Shown here: positions 1 to 8,192 of the stretch, piece by piece
Layout: each line of letters starts with the position of its first letter
How positions within the stretch are numbered: the stretch's first letter is position 1
DNA from: Candidatus Avelusimicrobium excrementipullorum
GTDB lineage: Bacteria; Elusimicrobiota; Elusimicrobia; Elusimicrobiales; Elusimicrobiaceae
NCBI GenBank assembly: GCA_944327025.1
Contig: CALVGF010000003.1
Span: forward strand, 36,667-100,666
Reading direction: 5' to 3'
Length of the DNA stretch: 64,000 nucleotides
The notes under the pieces: generated by a model
Seen by the model: the letters and a program-made list of their open reading frames with translations, nothing else
Told to the model about the DNA's origin: nothing
Database searches by the model: none
Translations under genes and position numbers: made by a program

Positions 1-1
1 G

Positions 2-1021
2 TTCGTGCCGTATTCGGATGAGCCGCAGCCGAAGTCCAAACGCATCAGCGAATATAATTTGGCTACGCAGGGCGTATATCCGCCGGCGTCCACCTTTAAA
101 GTCATTACCGCCATTGCGGCCATAGAGCAGGGCGGCTTTGACCCCGAAAAAGAGGTCTATTGCCCCGGGTATTATGATGCCGGATCACGCGTGTTTAAGT
201 GCTGGAGTGTGCATAAACACGATAACTTTTTTGACGGAATGGCCGATTCCTGCGACGTCTATTTTTACACGCTGGCGGCCCAGACCGGTTCCGCGGCCAT
301 AGAAAAAACGCAGCGTATGTTTCAGTTTGGCCAGCCCACGGGCATTGATTTGCCCGGGGAAAAAGCCGGCAATCTGTACGGTCCCACCAAACGTGCGCGC
401 AACCGTTCGTACTGGTTTATCGGGGATACGCTGAATTTGTCCATCGGACAGGGGGAGCTGTTGGTAACGCCGATTAAAATGGCGCAGTTTGCCGCCGCCC
501 TGGCCAGCCGCGGCAAAATCTGGCGGCCGTATTATTTGGACCGCGTGGTCAGCAACCAGACCGGCAAAGTCTTGCAACAGGGCAAAAGCGAAGTGCTGGG
601 CACCGTGGATATCAGGCCTTCCACCTGGGATTTAATTTACAAAGCCTTAAAACATACGGTGGATGACGGCACCGCCCGCCGCGTAAAAATAGCCGGCCTG
701 GACGTGTACGGCAAAACCGGCACGGCGCAAAACCCGCACGGGGACGACCACGGCTGGTTTATGGCTTTTGCCGGACGGCCCGGAGAAGAGCCCAGCCTGG
801 CGGTGGCCGTATTTGTGGAATACGGCAAAGGAGGCGCCGGCGCGGCCGGCCCGATTGCGCGGGAAATGATTAAAGCTTATTTTGGCATAGAGGATAAACC
901 CGCGCGCCGCCCTGTATCTGCGCAGCAGGCCGTTTTGGAAAACGCCGATCCGGCGGCGCTGGTGTCCGATATGCAAAAATTACAGGCGGCCCTTCAGCGG
1001 CCTGACGGAGAACATACATGA
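2..1021 (+). CDS. mrdA: Penicillin-binding protein 2 (peptidoglycan D,D-transpeptidase), C-terminal part; the 5' end lies outside the window
   Basis: The frame is open to the window edge. Transpeptidase motifs STFK (PPASTFKVITA), SIGQG and KTGTAQ are present. The stop overlaps the rodA start (ATGA at 1018-1021). Confidence 0.9.
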   Translation, partial: FVPYSDEPQPKSKRISEYNLATQGVYPPASTFKVITAIAAIEQGGFDPEKEVYCPGYYDAGSRVFKCWSVHKHDNFFDGMADSCDVYFYTLAAQTGSAAIEKTQRMFQFGQPTGIDLPGEKAGNLYGPTKRARNRSYWFIGDTLNLSIGQGELLVTPIKMAQFAAALASRGKIWRPYYLDRVVSNQTGKVLQQGKSEVLGTVDIRPSTWDLIYKALKHTVDDGTARRVKIAGLDVYGKTGTAQNPHGDDHGWFMAFAGRPGEEPSLAVAVFVEYGKGGAGAAGPIAREMIKAYFGIEDKPARRPVSAQQAVLENADPAALVSDMQKLQAALQRPDGEHT

Positions 1022-2355
1022 CCAAGTATAAATCGCGTTTGCACAAGGAAATGATGGACTGGCTGCTCTTTGGCGCCATGGCCGGCTTGGTGCTTTTGGG
1101 GGCTTTGTGCATTATGTCGGCGGTCAACGCGGTCAGTTTGTCCAACGCCGTGGTGCGCACGCATTTAATTGCGCTGCCTTTGGGGTTTGTGGCGTTTTTT
1201 GCGGCGTGGAGTTTTAATTATCAGATTTTTGATGAACAGTGGAAGCCGCTCTACGGCGTGATTTTGGCGCTGCTGATAGGGGTGTTGCTGTTCGGCACGT
1301 ACCAGCGCGGCAGCAAGTCCTGGTTTGTGTTCCCGTTTTTTTCCATGCAGCCGGCGGAAATCTGCCGCGTACTGACTATTTTGGCGGCGGCGGCGTTTTT
1401 GGACCGGCAGGGCCACCGCATACGCGATATGCGTACGCTGGTGTGGCTGGGCGTGCTGATTGCGCCGGTGTTCGGGCTGATTATGCTGCAGCCGGATTTT
1501 TCGTCCATTGTAATTACCTTTCCCGCGCTGTTGGTGCTGTTATATTGCGCGGGCGTAAATGTGTTTTATCTGGCCCTGGTGTTTGCCTTTGCGGCCGTGG
1601 CGGGATTTTTTACCGTAGCATGGACATATTTGTATTTGCATCCGGAACTTCTGGACTATAGGCTGTTGGACGTATTTTTTAAACTTTCCGACCATATTTT
1701 GTATATGGGCGGTTTTGTACTGCTCGTGGCGGTGGCGGGGTATGCGGCGTGGTGGCTGTTTAAACAGCTGCGCGTGTTTTTACCTTCGTTTTATTTTGTG
1801 CTGGCCACGCTGGTGGTATTGGCGGGATTTTTTGCCGGCGTGTTTGTGGACCATCAGATGAAGCCTTACCAACGTAAGCGTGTAGAAGCGTTTTTGGCGC
1901 CGGAGTCTGACCCGCAGGGCGCATCTTACAATGTGCTGCAGGCGCAGATTGCCATGGGCTCGGGCGGCATACTGGGCAAAGGGCTGTTTTCGGGCACGCA
2001 GTCGCGCCTGGGTTTTGTGCCGGAAAAACATACGGATTTTATTTTGGCTGTGGTGGGGGAGGAGCTCGGCCTGTGGGGCACGCTGCTGGTGCTGGGGTTG
2101 TACCTGGTGATTTTGTGGCGTATAGCGGTGGTGGCCTATGCGGCCAGCGACCGATACGGCTATTTGGTGTGCAGCGGTATATTCGGCATGTTTTTGACGT
2201 ATATGCTGATTAACTTTGGCATGCTGATCGGCCTGTTCCCCGTGGCGGGTATTCCGCTGCCGTTTATCTCTTACGGAGGCAGCAACCTGGTGTCCAGCAT
2301 GCTGGCGCTGGGGGTCGTGCAGTCGGTTTATGCGCGGCGCATTACCTCGGGCTGA
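1018..2355 (+). CDS. rodA: Rod shape-determining protein RodA (SEDS family)
   Basis: A 445-aa polytopic membrane ORF with a SEDS-type C-terminal signature (GIPLPFISYGGSNLV). GGAGA lies 6 nt upstream, and the gene is coupled to mrdA. Confidence 0.9.
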   Translation: MTKYKSRLHKEMMDWLLFGAMAGLVLLGALCIMSAVNAVSLSNAVVRTHLIALPLGFVAFFAAWSFNYQIFDEQWKPLYGVILALLIGVLLFGTYQRGSKSWFVFPFFSMQPAEICRVLTILAAAAFLDRQGHRIRDMRTLVWLGVLIAPVFGLIMLQPDFSSIVITFPALLVLLYCAGVNVFYLALVFAFAAVAGFFTVAWTYLYLHPELLDYRLLDVFFKLSDHILYMGGFVLLVAVAGYAAWWLFKQLRVFLPSFYFVLATLVVLAGFFAGVFVDHQMKPYQRKRVEAFLAPESDPQGASYNVLQAQIAMGSGGILGKGLFSGTQSRLGFVPEKHTDFILAVVGEELGLWGTLLVLGLYLVILWRIAVVAYAASDRYGYLVCSGIFGMFLTYMLINFGMLIGLFPVAGIPLPFISYGGSNLVSSMLALGVVQSVYARRITSG

Positions 2356-2365
2356 AGGTGCGGCT

Positions 2366-3055
2366 ATGATAAACACCCCAAAAATTTATAAAATGCGTGT
2401 AGCGTTTACCGTGGCCGGAGTATGGGACCATAAACGCATTTTTGCGGCCCTGCGCGATATGGTTTTGCGCAGCGGGCTGCCTTTTGAACCGGCCAAAGTA
2501 AACAAAAACTGGCCCCGCCTGGCTTACGGGCCCGCGCTGGGATACGGCCAGTACAGTTTGGGAGAATACGCCGATATTTATCTGTCTTCTCCCGTCAAAG
2601 AAGATGCGGCCCTGCAGGCCCTGAAAGCTGCCTGCCGAACCGGCGTAACCGTTACGCGCGTACAGCGCGTGCCGTATGCGCTGCCGTCGGTAAGCAACCT
2701 GGCCGAAGTGTACCGCTACGGCGTGGAAGGGGATTTTGCCTTTTACCGCCCCGGCCTGCCGGCGGAAGAGTTTTTTGAAGGGAAACATATTTACGTAACC
2801 GAAGCCGCGCCCAACGGCATGACGGTGCAGCGGGATGTAAGACCGTTTGTGCTGTCTGCGGTGCAGCCGCGGCCGGAGCGGGTGGAACTGCTTCTGCAGC
2901 GCTGCGGCGACAAAACCGCCAAGCCCGAACACGTCATCGCGGCGTGGCTGGGTGTACAGGTGCCCGCGGAAGCGGAGTTTACGCTGGAACGTTTAAAATT
3001 TATCAGAGAAGCGCTGTACTGGCGCGACGCGGCCGGAGAGCCGCACGCCATATAG
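2366..3055 (+). CDS. DUF2344 / TIGR03936-type 'radical SAM-linked' protein
   Basis: ATG 2366 is preferred because the ORF-track start 2330 lies inside rodA; GAAGGTG is just upstream. The pattern R..F...G....R.F.ALR...LPF....N.PRLAYGPALGYGQYSLGEYADIYL matches my recollection of DUF2344. The family typically sits upstream of rng. Confidence 0.65.
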   Translation: MINTPKIYKMRVAFTVAGVWDHKRIFAALRDMVLRSGLPFEPAKVNKNWPRLAYGPALGYGQYSLGEYADIYLSSPVKEDAALQALKAACRTGVTVTRVQRVPYALPSVSNLAEVYRYGVEGDFAFYRPGLPAEEFFEGKHIYVTEAAPNGMTVQRDVRPFVLSAVQPRPERVELLLQRCGDKTAKPEHVIAAWLGVQVPAEAEFTLERLKFIREALYWRDAAGEPHAI

Positions 3056-3070
3056 CCAAGAGGATTTGTT

Positions 3071-4525
3071 ATGAGTAAAAATACCGAAGAAGCGCCGAAG
3101 GTGGAGGTTATCGTCAACACCTCCTTTGAAGAAACGCGCATCGCCATTTTGGAAAACGGGCGCATCAATGAACTGATGTGGGAGCGGCGCGGGTCGCTTA
3201 ACATCGTGGGTAATATTTACAAGGCCACGGTGGAGAACGTCCTGCCCGGCATTTCCAGTGCGTTTGCCAATATCGGCTATGAGAAAAACGCTTATTTGTA
3301 TATTTCCGACATTTTGGGCGCGGACCGCAAGAACATTGATAAAGTGCTCAAAAAAGGCCAGCAGATTATGGTGCAGGTGGTCAAAGACGCCATCGGTACC
3401 AAAGGCATGAAGGTAACCATGGACGTTACCCTGCCGGGCCGTTATTTGGTGCTGACGCCGCACCAGAGTTTTGTGGGCGTGTCCAAAAATATTGAAGACA
3501 GCGAAGCGCGCCATAAGCTCAATGAAATCATGCAGGAGCTGGCCGAGAAACATTTAAACGGCATGGGCTGCATTGTGCGCACGGAAGCCGAAGAAGCCAC
3601 CAAGGACGAACTGGAGCGCGAAGTAAAATACCTCTACCGCCAGTGGCAGACTATTTTGAAGAAATTTGACACCCTGCCTTCCCCGGCCCTGCTGCATGAA
3701 GATATGGACGCGGTGCTGCAGGTGGCGCGCGACGTGCTTTCGGAGAATGCCGAAGTGTATTTGCTGGACAACAAAAATGATTATGAGCGCGTGCTGGATT
3801 TTGTGAAGAAAAATTCGCCGGAGCTGGCCGACCGCGTGAAACTTTACAAAGGCAAAACCCCGATTTTTGAGGCCTACGGCATTGAGCCGGAAATAGACAA
3901 CCTGCGCAAAATCAAACTGCCGCTTCCCAACGGGGGCAGTATTATTATCCAGGAAGCCGAAAGCCTGTGCGCTATTGACGTAAACACCGGCAAGTTTACC
4001 GGCAACAAATCCCAGGAAGAAACCGTTACGCAGACCAATATTGAGGCCGCGCAGGAAATCGCGCACCAGCTGCGCCTGCGCAATATCGGCGGGATTATCG
4101 TGATTGATTTTATTGATATGCGCAAGGCCTCCAGCCGCCACCGCGTGGTGGAGGCGCTGGCCAACGCCGTGCGCGGCGACCGCGCCAAAATACGCATTCT
4201 GCCCATTACGCGCCTGGGGCTGGTGGAAATGACGCGCGAACGCAAACGCGAAAGCACGGGCAGTTTTATCAGCGAGGAGTGCCCGCAGTGCCACGGCTCG
4301 GGCCGCGTTTTGTCGGCCGAGAGCATGCGCATTAAAATACAGCGCGAAATTTATGACCTGACCAGCGGCCGTCCGGGCGGCAATCTGCGCGTGGTGCTGC
4401 ACCCGCTGCTGGCCGAAGCCGTTAAGCAGAAGCAGGCGGATATTGAAGAGAATATTCACCGCTCGCTGAAAATACAGTCCGACCCGCAGCTGGCCTGGGA
4501 AGACTATAAAATCGTATTGGAGTAA
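3071..4525 (+). CDS. rng: Ribonuclease G/E family endoribonuclease
   Basis: A 484-aa ORF with an N-terminal S1-like region and the RNase E/G catalytic core (IDVNTGKF, GGIIVIDFIDM, LGLVEMTRER, and a CPxCxGxG zinc-link-like motif). AGAGGA SD. Confidence 0.9.
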   Translation: MSKNTEEAPKVEVIVNTSFEETRIAILENGRINELMWERRGSLNIVGNIYKATVENVLPGISSAFANIGYEKNAYLYISDILGADRKNIDKVLKKGQQIMVQVVKDAIGTKGMKVTMDVTLPGRYLVLTPHQSFVGVSKNIEDSEARHKLNEIMQELAEKHLNGMGCIVRTEAEEATKDELEREVKYLYRQWQTILKKFDTLPSPALLHEDMDAVLQVARDVLSENAEVYLLDNKNDYERVLDFVKKNSPELADRVKLYKGKTPIFEAYGIEPEIDNLRKIKLPLPNGGSIIIQEAESLCAIDVNTGKFTGNKSQEETVTQTNIEAAQEIAHQLRLRNIGGIIVIDFIDMRKASSRHRVVEALANAVRGDRAKIRILPITRLGLVEMTRERKRESTGSFISEECPQCHGSGRVLSAESMRIKIQREIYDLTSGRPGGNLRVVLHPLLAEAVKQKQADIEENIHRSLKIQSDPQLAWEDYKIVLE

Positions 4526-4561
4526 TTTCCTGCCGCGCGCCGCGTGCGCGCGGTTTTGCTT

Positions 4562-6148
4562 ATGAAGAAAGCCATTTTTGCCTTGCTGGCCGCTTTGCTT
4601 TTGCCCGCTTCGCTGTTGCATGCGCAGGGCAAGACGGACATATATATTTTGGGCCGGGACAAAGGGTCCGTTTCCTCCATGCAGGCCGGCGGCGTTACCC
4701 TGGTGGACGCGCGCGCCACGGCCAAAAAACTGGGCGGCAGCGTGGAGCTGTATGCCGCCGCCAAGCAAATCAAAGTGGCTTTCCCGGGCATGTATGCCAT
4801 TTTAAGCGCTCCGCTGGCCGAAGCCGTCATTAATGCCCAAACGGTTCAGCTGCCTGCGGAAATTATTGCTTCCGGCAGCAAGATTTTTGTGCCGGTGCAA
4901 TTCTTTATGCTGCCGCAGGTGGAAAAAGCGCTGGACCGGCAGATTACGTTTGAAAACGGTGCGCTGGTGGTGGAGAAAAACTTCACGCTGGCGTTTACGG
5001 ACAAAGAACAGCATGACGCCTATGACCGCCTGCGCTTTTTCCAAAAATCCGGCGTATCCTTTACTTCCGAACAGACTAATAAGCACACGGTAGAGGCCGT
5101 TTTTCCGAATGCGGTGCTTAAACGCAATGTGAGCATGCGCCTGAAAGACGATTTTATCCGCTCTTTCACGCTGACCCAGCGCGGCAAGGACGTATTGCTC
5201 AAAGTGATTTTGGGTAAGAAAGGCCAAACATGGCGTTTGGCGCAGGAAGGCGGCGAATTGGTATTTGCCGCAGCGGAAAAAGCATTGCCAGGGGCGGCGC
5301 CGGCCGCTTCTTCGGATGAGGCGGACACCGATGAGGCCGAAGAGTTGGATCTGACTCCTTCCGTATCGGGAACGGACGAGGAAATTCGCCCGCTGCCTGT
5401 TATCAAAGCCGAGCCCCAGCCGGTCATGACCAGCGGGGCGCCGGTCATCAAAGAAAAACGCAAAATCCGCATTATGATTGACCCCGGCCACGGCGGCAAA
5501 GACCCCGGGGCCACGCGCCGCGGCAGCTCGCAGGAAAAAACACTGAATTTGACGGTTTCCAAACATTTGTACAACTACCTCAAAAAACAGGGTTTTGAGG
5601 TAAAAATGACGCGTACCAACGATACATTTGTCACGCTGGCCGGACGCAGCAAAATGGCTAATGATTTCAAGGCCGATTTGTTTGTATCCGTACATACCAA
5701 CGCCGCCAAACGCGCCGCGGCCAACGGATTTGAAGTGTATTTCCGTTCCGATAAAGCCACCGACAAAGAGGCCGCCGAAGTGGCCGCCTTTGAAAACGAA
5801 GCCTTGCAGTATGAAGAGGCGCATTACAGCTTTGTGGATATGTTGCTGGAGTCTATGGCCAAGAATGAGTTTATGAACGAAAGTTCCAAACTGGCGGGCC
5901 ATATACGCAATTATGTATATAAAGAACCCGGCATCGGTATTGCCGTGCGCCAGAACAATGCCATACGCCAGGCCAACTTCTATGTACTGCGCGGCGTGAA
6001 AGCTCCCGCCGTGCTGGTGGAAATGGGCTATATCAGCAGCGCCAAAGACCGCGCGCGGCTGAATAACAAGGCCGCCCAGAAGCGCATGGGCGACGGCATA
6101 GGCAAGGGCATTGTGTCTTATCTGAAAGCCGAAGGAAAAATAAAATAA
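4562..6148 (+). CDS. N-acetylmuramoyl-L-alanine amidase (Amidase_3) with signal peptide and N-terminal extension
   Basis: Signal peptide MKKAIFALLAALLLPASLLHA. Amidase_3 motifs IMIDPGHGGKDPGA, SVHTNA and VLVEMGYISS. The start is ambiguous (GTG 4544 or ATG 4562). Confidence 0.85.
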   Translation: MKKAIFALLAALLLPASLLHAQGKTDIYILGRDKGSVSSMQAGGVTLVDARATAKKLGGSVELYAAAKQIKVAFPGMYAILSAPLAEAVINAQTVQLPAEIIASGSKIFVPVQFFMLPQVEKALDRQITFENGALVVEKNFTLAFTDKEQHDAYDRLRFFQKSGVSFTSEQTNKHTVEAVFPNAVLKRNVSMRLKDDFIRSFTLTQRGKDVLLKVILGKKGQTWRLAQEGGELVFAAAEKALPGAAPAASSDEADTDEAEELDLTPSVSGTDEEIRPLPVIKAEPQPVMTSGAPVIKEKRKIRIMIDPGHGGKDPGATRRGSSQEKTLNLTVSKHLYNYLKKQGFEVKMTRTNDTFVTLAGRSKMANDFKADLFVSVHTNAAKRAAANGFEVYFRSDKATDKEAAEVAAFENEALQYEEAHYSFVDMLLESMAKNEFMNESSKLAGHIRNYVYKEPGIGIAVRQNNAIRQANFYVLRGVKAPAVLVEMGYISSAKDRARLNNKAAQKRMGDGIGKGIVSYLKAEGKIK

Positions 6149-6168
6149 AAAATTTATCAGATAAATAC

Positions 6169-6196
6169 CGCCCCGCTGTTTAAGCGGGGCGTTTTA
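6169..6196 (+). terminator. Intrinsic terminator after the amidase gene
   Basis: Stem CGCCCCGC / GCGGGGCG with a 7-nt loop, followed by TTTTA. Confidence 0.7.
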
Positions 6197-6279
6197 TCGT
6201 TGAGAAATTTTGAGATGGATTTTTTGATTTGCTCGTGGTAAAAATAATTAACCACCGCGGGCGGCCGGCAAAGGCAAAT

Positions 6280-6288
6280 TGCTACAAT
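6280..6288 (+). promoter_or_regulatory. Extended -10 promoter (TGcTACAAT) ending 6 nt before the ATG at 6295, giving a predicted leaderless transcript
   Basis: TGCTACAAT-ATAGCC-ATG with no SD. The same box type precedes all six tRNAs in the window. Confidence 0.5.
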
Positions 6289-6294
6289 ATAGCC

Positions 6295-6831
6295 ATGAAG
6301 TTTTATTTTTCCCTATTTTTTATTTTCTTTAAAATCGGCCTGTTTACGCTGGGCGGCGGATACGCCATGCTGCCTTTGATAGAGGCCGAAGTGGTGGATA
6401 AGCGGCGCTGGATAGACAAAAAAGAGTTTTTGGATTTGACCGCTCTGGCGCAGTCCGCTCCCGGGATTTTGGCCGTGAATATGGCTATATTTGTGGGGTA
6501 TAAGCTGCGTTCCCTGTCGGGGGCCGTAACGGCCACGCTGGGTGCGGTGCTTCCTTCTTTTCTGATTATTCTGCTGATTGCAGTGTTTCTGCGGGATTTC
6601 CGCCATAACCCCGTAGTGGAAAGCATTTTTAGGGGCATACGCCCTGCCGTGGTGGCACTGATTGCCGTGCCTGTATTTACGCTGGCGCGCGCCGCCGGCG
6701 TTACCTGGAAAACCGCCTGGGTACCCGTGCTTTGCGCGCTGGCGGTATGGCTGGGGGGGCTGTCCCCCGTGTATATTGTACTGCTGGCCGGTTTGGGCGG
6801 CTGGCTGTTCTGCCGGGAGAAAGCCAAATGA
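6295..6831 (+). CDS. Chromate transporter (CHR) family protein, short-chain half 1
   Basis: CHR signature FFKIGLFTLGGGYAMLPLIE in a hydrophobic protein of about 178 aa. ATG 6295 is chosen over the ORF-track start 6229. Confidence 0.8.
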   Translation: MKFYFSLFFIFFKIGLFTLGGGYAMLPLIEAEVVDKRRWIDKKEFLDLTALAQSAPGILAVNMAIFVGYKLRSLSGAVTATLGAVLPSFLIILLIAVFLRDFRHNPVVESIFRGIRPAVVALIAVPVFTLARAAGVTWKTAWVPVLCALAVWLGGLSPVYIVLLAGLGGWLFCREKAK

Positions 6832-7352
6832 TTTACTGGCAGCTGTTTAAAACATTTTTTAAAATAGGCCTGTTCAATTTCGGCGGCGGATACCCGATGA
6901 TTTCGTTTATTCAAAACGAAGTGGTGTTTAAACACGGCTGGCTGGGCACGGCCGAATTTACCGATATCGTGGCCGTCAGCCAAATGACCCCGGGGCCCAT
7001 AGGCATTAATATGGCCACCTATACGGGCTATGCCGCGGCTAATGATGTATGGGGAGCGGCACTTGCCACGCTGGCCGTATGTCTGCCGTCGTTTATCGTG
7101 ATGATTTTGCTGACGCGTTATTTTTTGCGCCATCAGGACAGCCCTGCCGTTAAAGCCGTATTTAAAGGCCTGCGCCTGGCTATTGTGGGGCTGATTGCTT
7201 CCGCCGCGCTGGTGCTGGTAAATAAAGAAAATTTTACCGGCTGGATAAGCGGGTTGATTTTTGCCGTTTCTTTCTTGGCCGTATACCGTTTTAAATGCAG
7301 TCCCATACATTTAATTCTCCTGGCCGGCGCCGCCGGCTGGCTGGTGTATTAA
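6828..7352 (+). CDS. Chromate transporter (CHR) family protein, short-chain half 2
   Basis: Signature FFKIGLFNFGGGYPMISFIQ. ATGA overlap with the upstream half (6828-6831). A paired short-chain CHR arrangement. Confidence 0.8.
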   Translation: MIYWQLFKTFFKIGLFNFGGGYPMISFIQNEVVFKHGWLGTAEFTDIVAVSQMTPGPIGINMATYTGYAAANDVWGAALATLAVCLPSFIVMILLTRYFLRHQDSPAVKAVFKGLRLAIVGLIASAALVLVNKENFTGWISGLIFAVSFLAVYRFKCSPIHLILLAGAAGWLVY

Positions 7353-7475
7353 CTTCGCGTTTTTTCTCTCTTCTTGCTTTAAATAGTTGCCGCCGCTGAC
7401 AGATTTTTTAAAAGCGTCGGCATTTTTTTATTTGCATTCCGGCGTAAAGACATGCCTTTGTGGGTCTTAGGTCCT

Positions 7476-7522
7476 AAAAGTTAGGTAGGACTAAATTTAT
7501 TTGTTAGTTTTGCCTAACTTTT
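7476..7522. promoter_or_regulatory. 10-bp inverted repeat (AAAAGTTAGG ... CCTAACTTTT) overlapping the promoter of the 7552 gene
   Basis: Arms at 7476-7485 and 7513-7522 with a 27-nt spacer. The right arm abuts the TGtTATAAT box. Confidence 0.35.
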
Positions 7523-7530
7523 GTTATAAT
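7522..7530 (+). promoter_or_regulatory. Extended -10 promoter TGtTATAAT
   Basis: Located 21 nt upstream of ATG 7552, with an AAGGAG SD in between. Confidence 0.5.
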
Positions 7531-7551
7531 ATAAACACAAAGGAGAAAATT

Positions 7552-8013
7552 ATGAAGAAAAATATAACCACCAAAATACTTTCCGCCGCCGCAATTTTAT
7601 GCGCGGCCCCGCTGGCCCTGGCCGCTTCTGATACGCAGGGACAAGGCCAGGCCCTGACCAAAGAACTGCAGAAGGCCGCGGCAGAGGCCGCCCAGGTGCA
7701 GGCGCTGGATATTTCCACCATAAACACTACCTGGGAACGCTGCGAAGTGTTGGTTTCCCGCTCGCGCGGAAACGGCAGACCCAGAGTGCGTGTGGTAAAA
7801 CCCTGGACCTGTAAGGACGTAACGACCAGCTGCAGCGCCGTGGTGTCCAAAGATAAAATTTTTGCTCCGGCCGCTTGTTACTATGCCTCTAAAAAAGAGA
7901 ACCAAACGCTGTCTTTAAAATCCAGCCACTTGGTTTCTTCTGACGGCCGCCGCCGCTCTTTGTTGCAGAGCTTTATCGGCAAAGTGAAAGATTTCGTAGT
8001 GTTTCGCAAATAA
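7552..8013 (+). CDS. Hypothetical secreted protein (153 aa)
   Basis: Strong SD (AAGGAGAAAATT-ATG) and signal peptide MKKNITTKILSAAAILCAAPLALA. Five Cys residues in the mature part. No domain recognised. Confidence 0.6.
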   Translation: MKKNITTKILSAAAILCAAPLALAASDTQGQGQALTKELQKAAAEAAQVQALDISTINTTWERCEVLVSRSRGNGRPRVRVVKPWTCKDVTTSCSAVVSKDKIFAPAACYYASKKENQTLSLKSSHLVSSDGRRRSLLQSFIGKVKDFVVFRK

Positions 8014-8097
8014 ATTGGGGACGTACCAGTCATGGGGTAAATCGGCGCGGTTTGCGCTAATACGCATGGGGACCCGCGCCTCCTGAATGAGAAAATG

Positions 8098-8129
8098 CGC
8101 CGCATCTGCCATAGATGCGGCGTTTTTTT
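8098..8129 (+). terminator. Intrinsic terminator
   Basis: Stem CGCCGCATCT / AGATGCGGCG with a 5-nt loop and a 7-T run. Confidence 0.8.
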
Positions 8130-8143
8130 AGGTATATGGAGGC

Positions 8144-8171
8144 TTGCCTATTCCTGCGCATTTGTTACAAT
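8144..8171 (+). promoter_or_regulatory. Promoter TTGCCT-16 nt-(TGt)TACAAT
   Basis: -35-like hexamer at 8144-8149 and extended -10 at 8163-8171, upstream of the nitroreductase gene. Confidence 0.5.
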
Positions 8172-8192
8172 AAACAAAAACAGGAGGGAGAA

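Noticed and set aside
8014-8097. The structured ~80-nt segment between the stop of the 7552-8013 gene and its terminator (repeated CATGGGG/GGGGAC, and the stem GGCGCGG...CCGCGCC), considered as a possible 3'-UTR sRNA.
   Set aside because: I could not find a promoter, a processing signal or a known motif. It is probably just part of the 3' UTR and was not strong enough to report as a finding.
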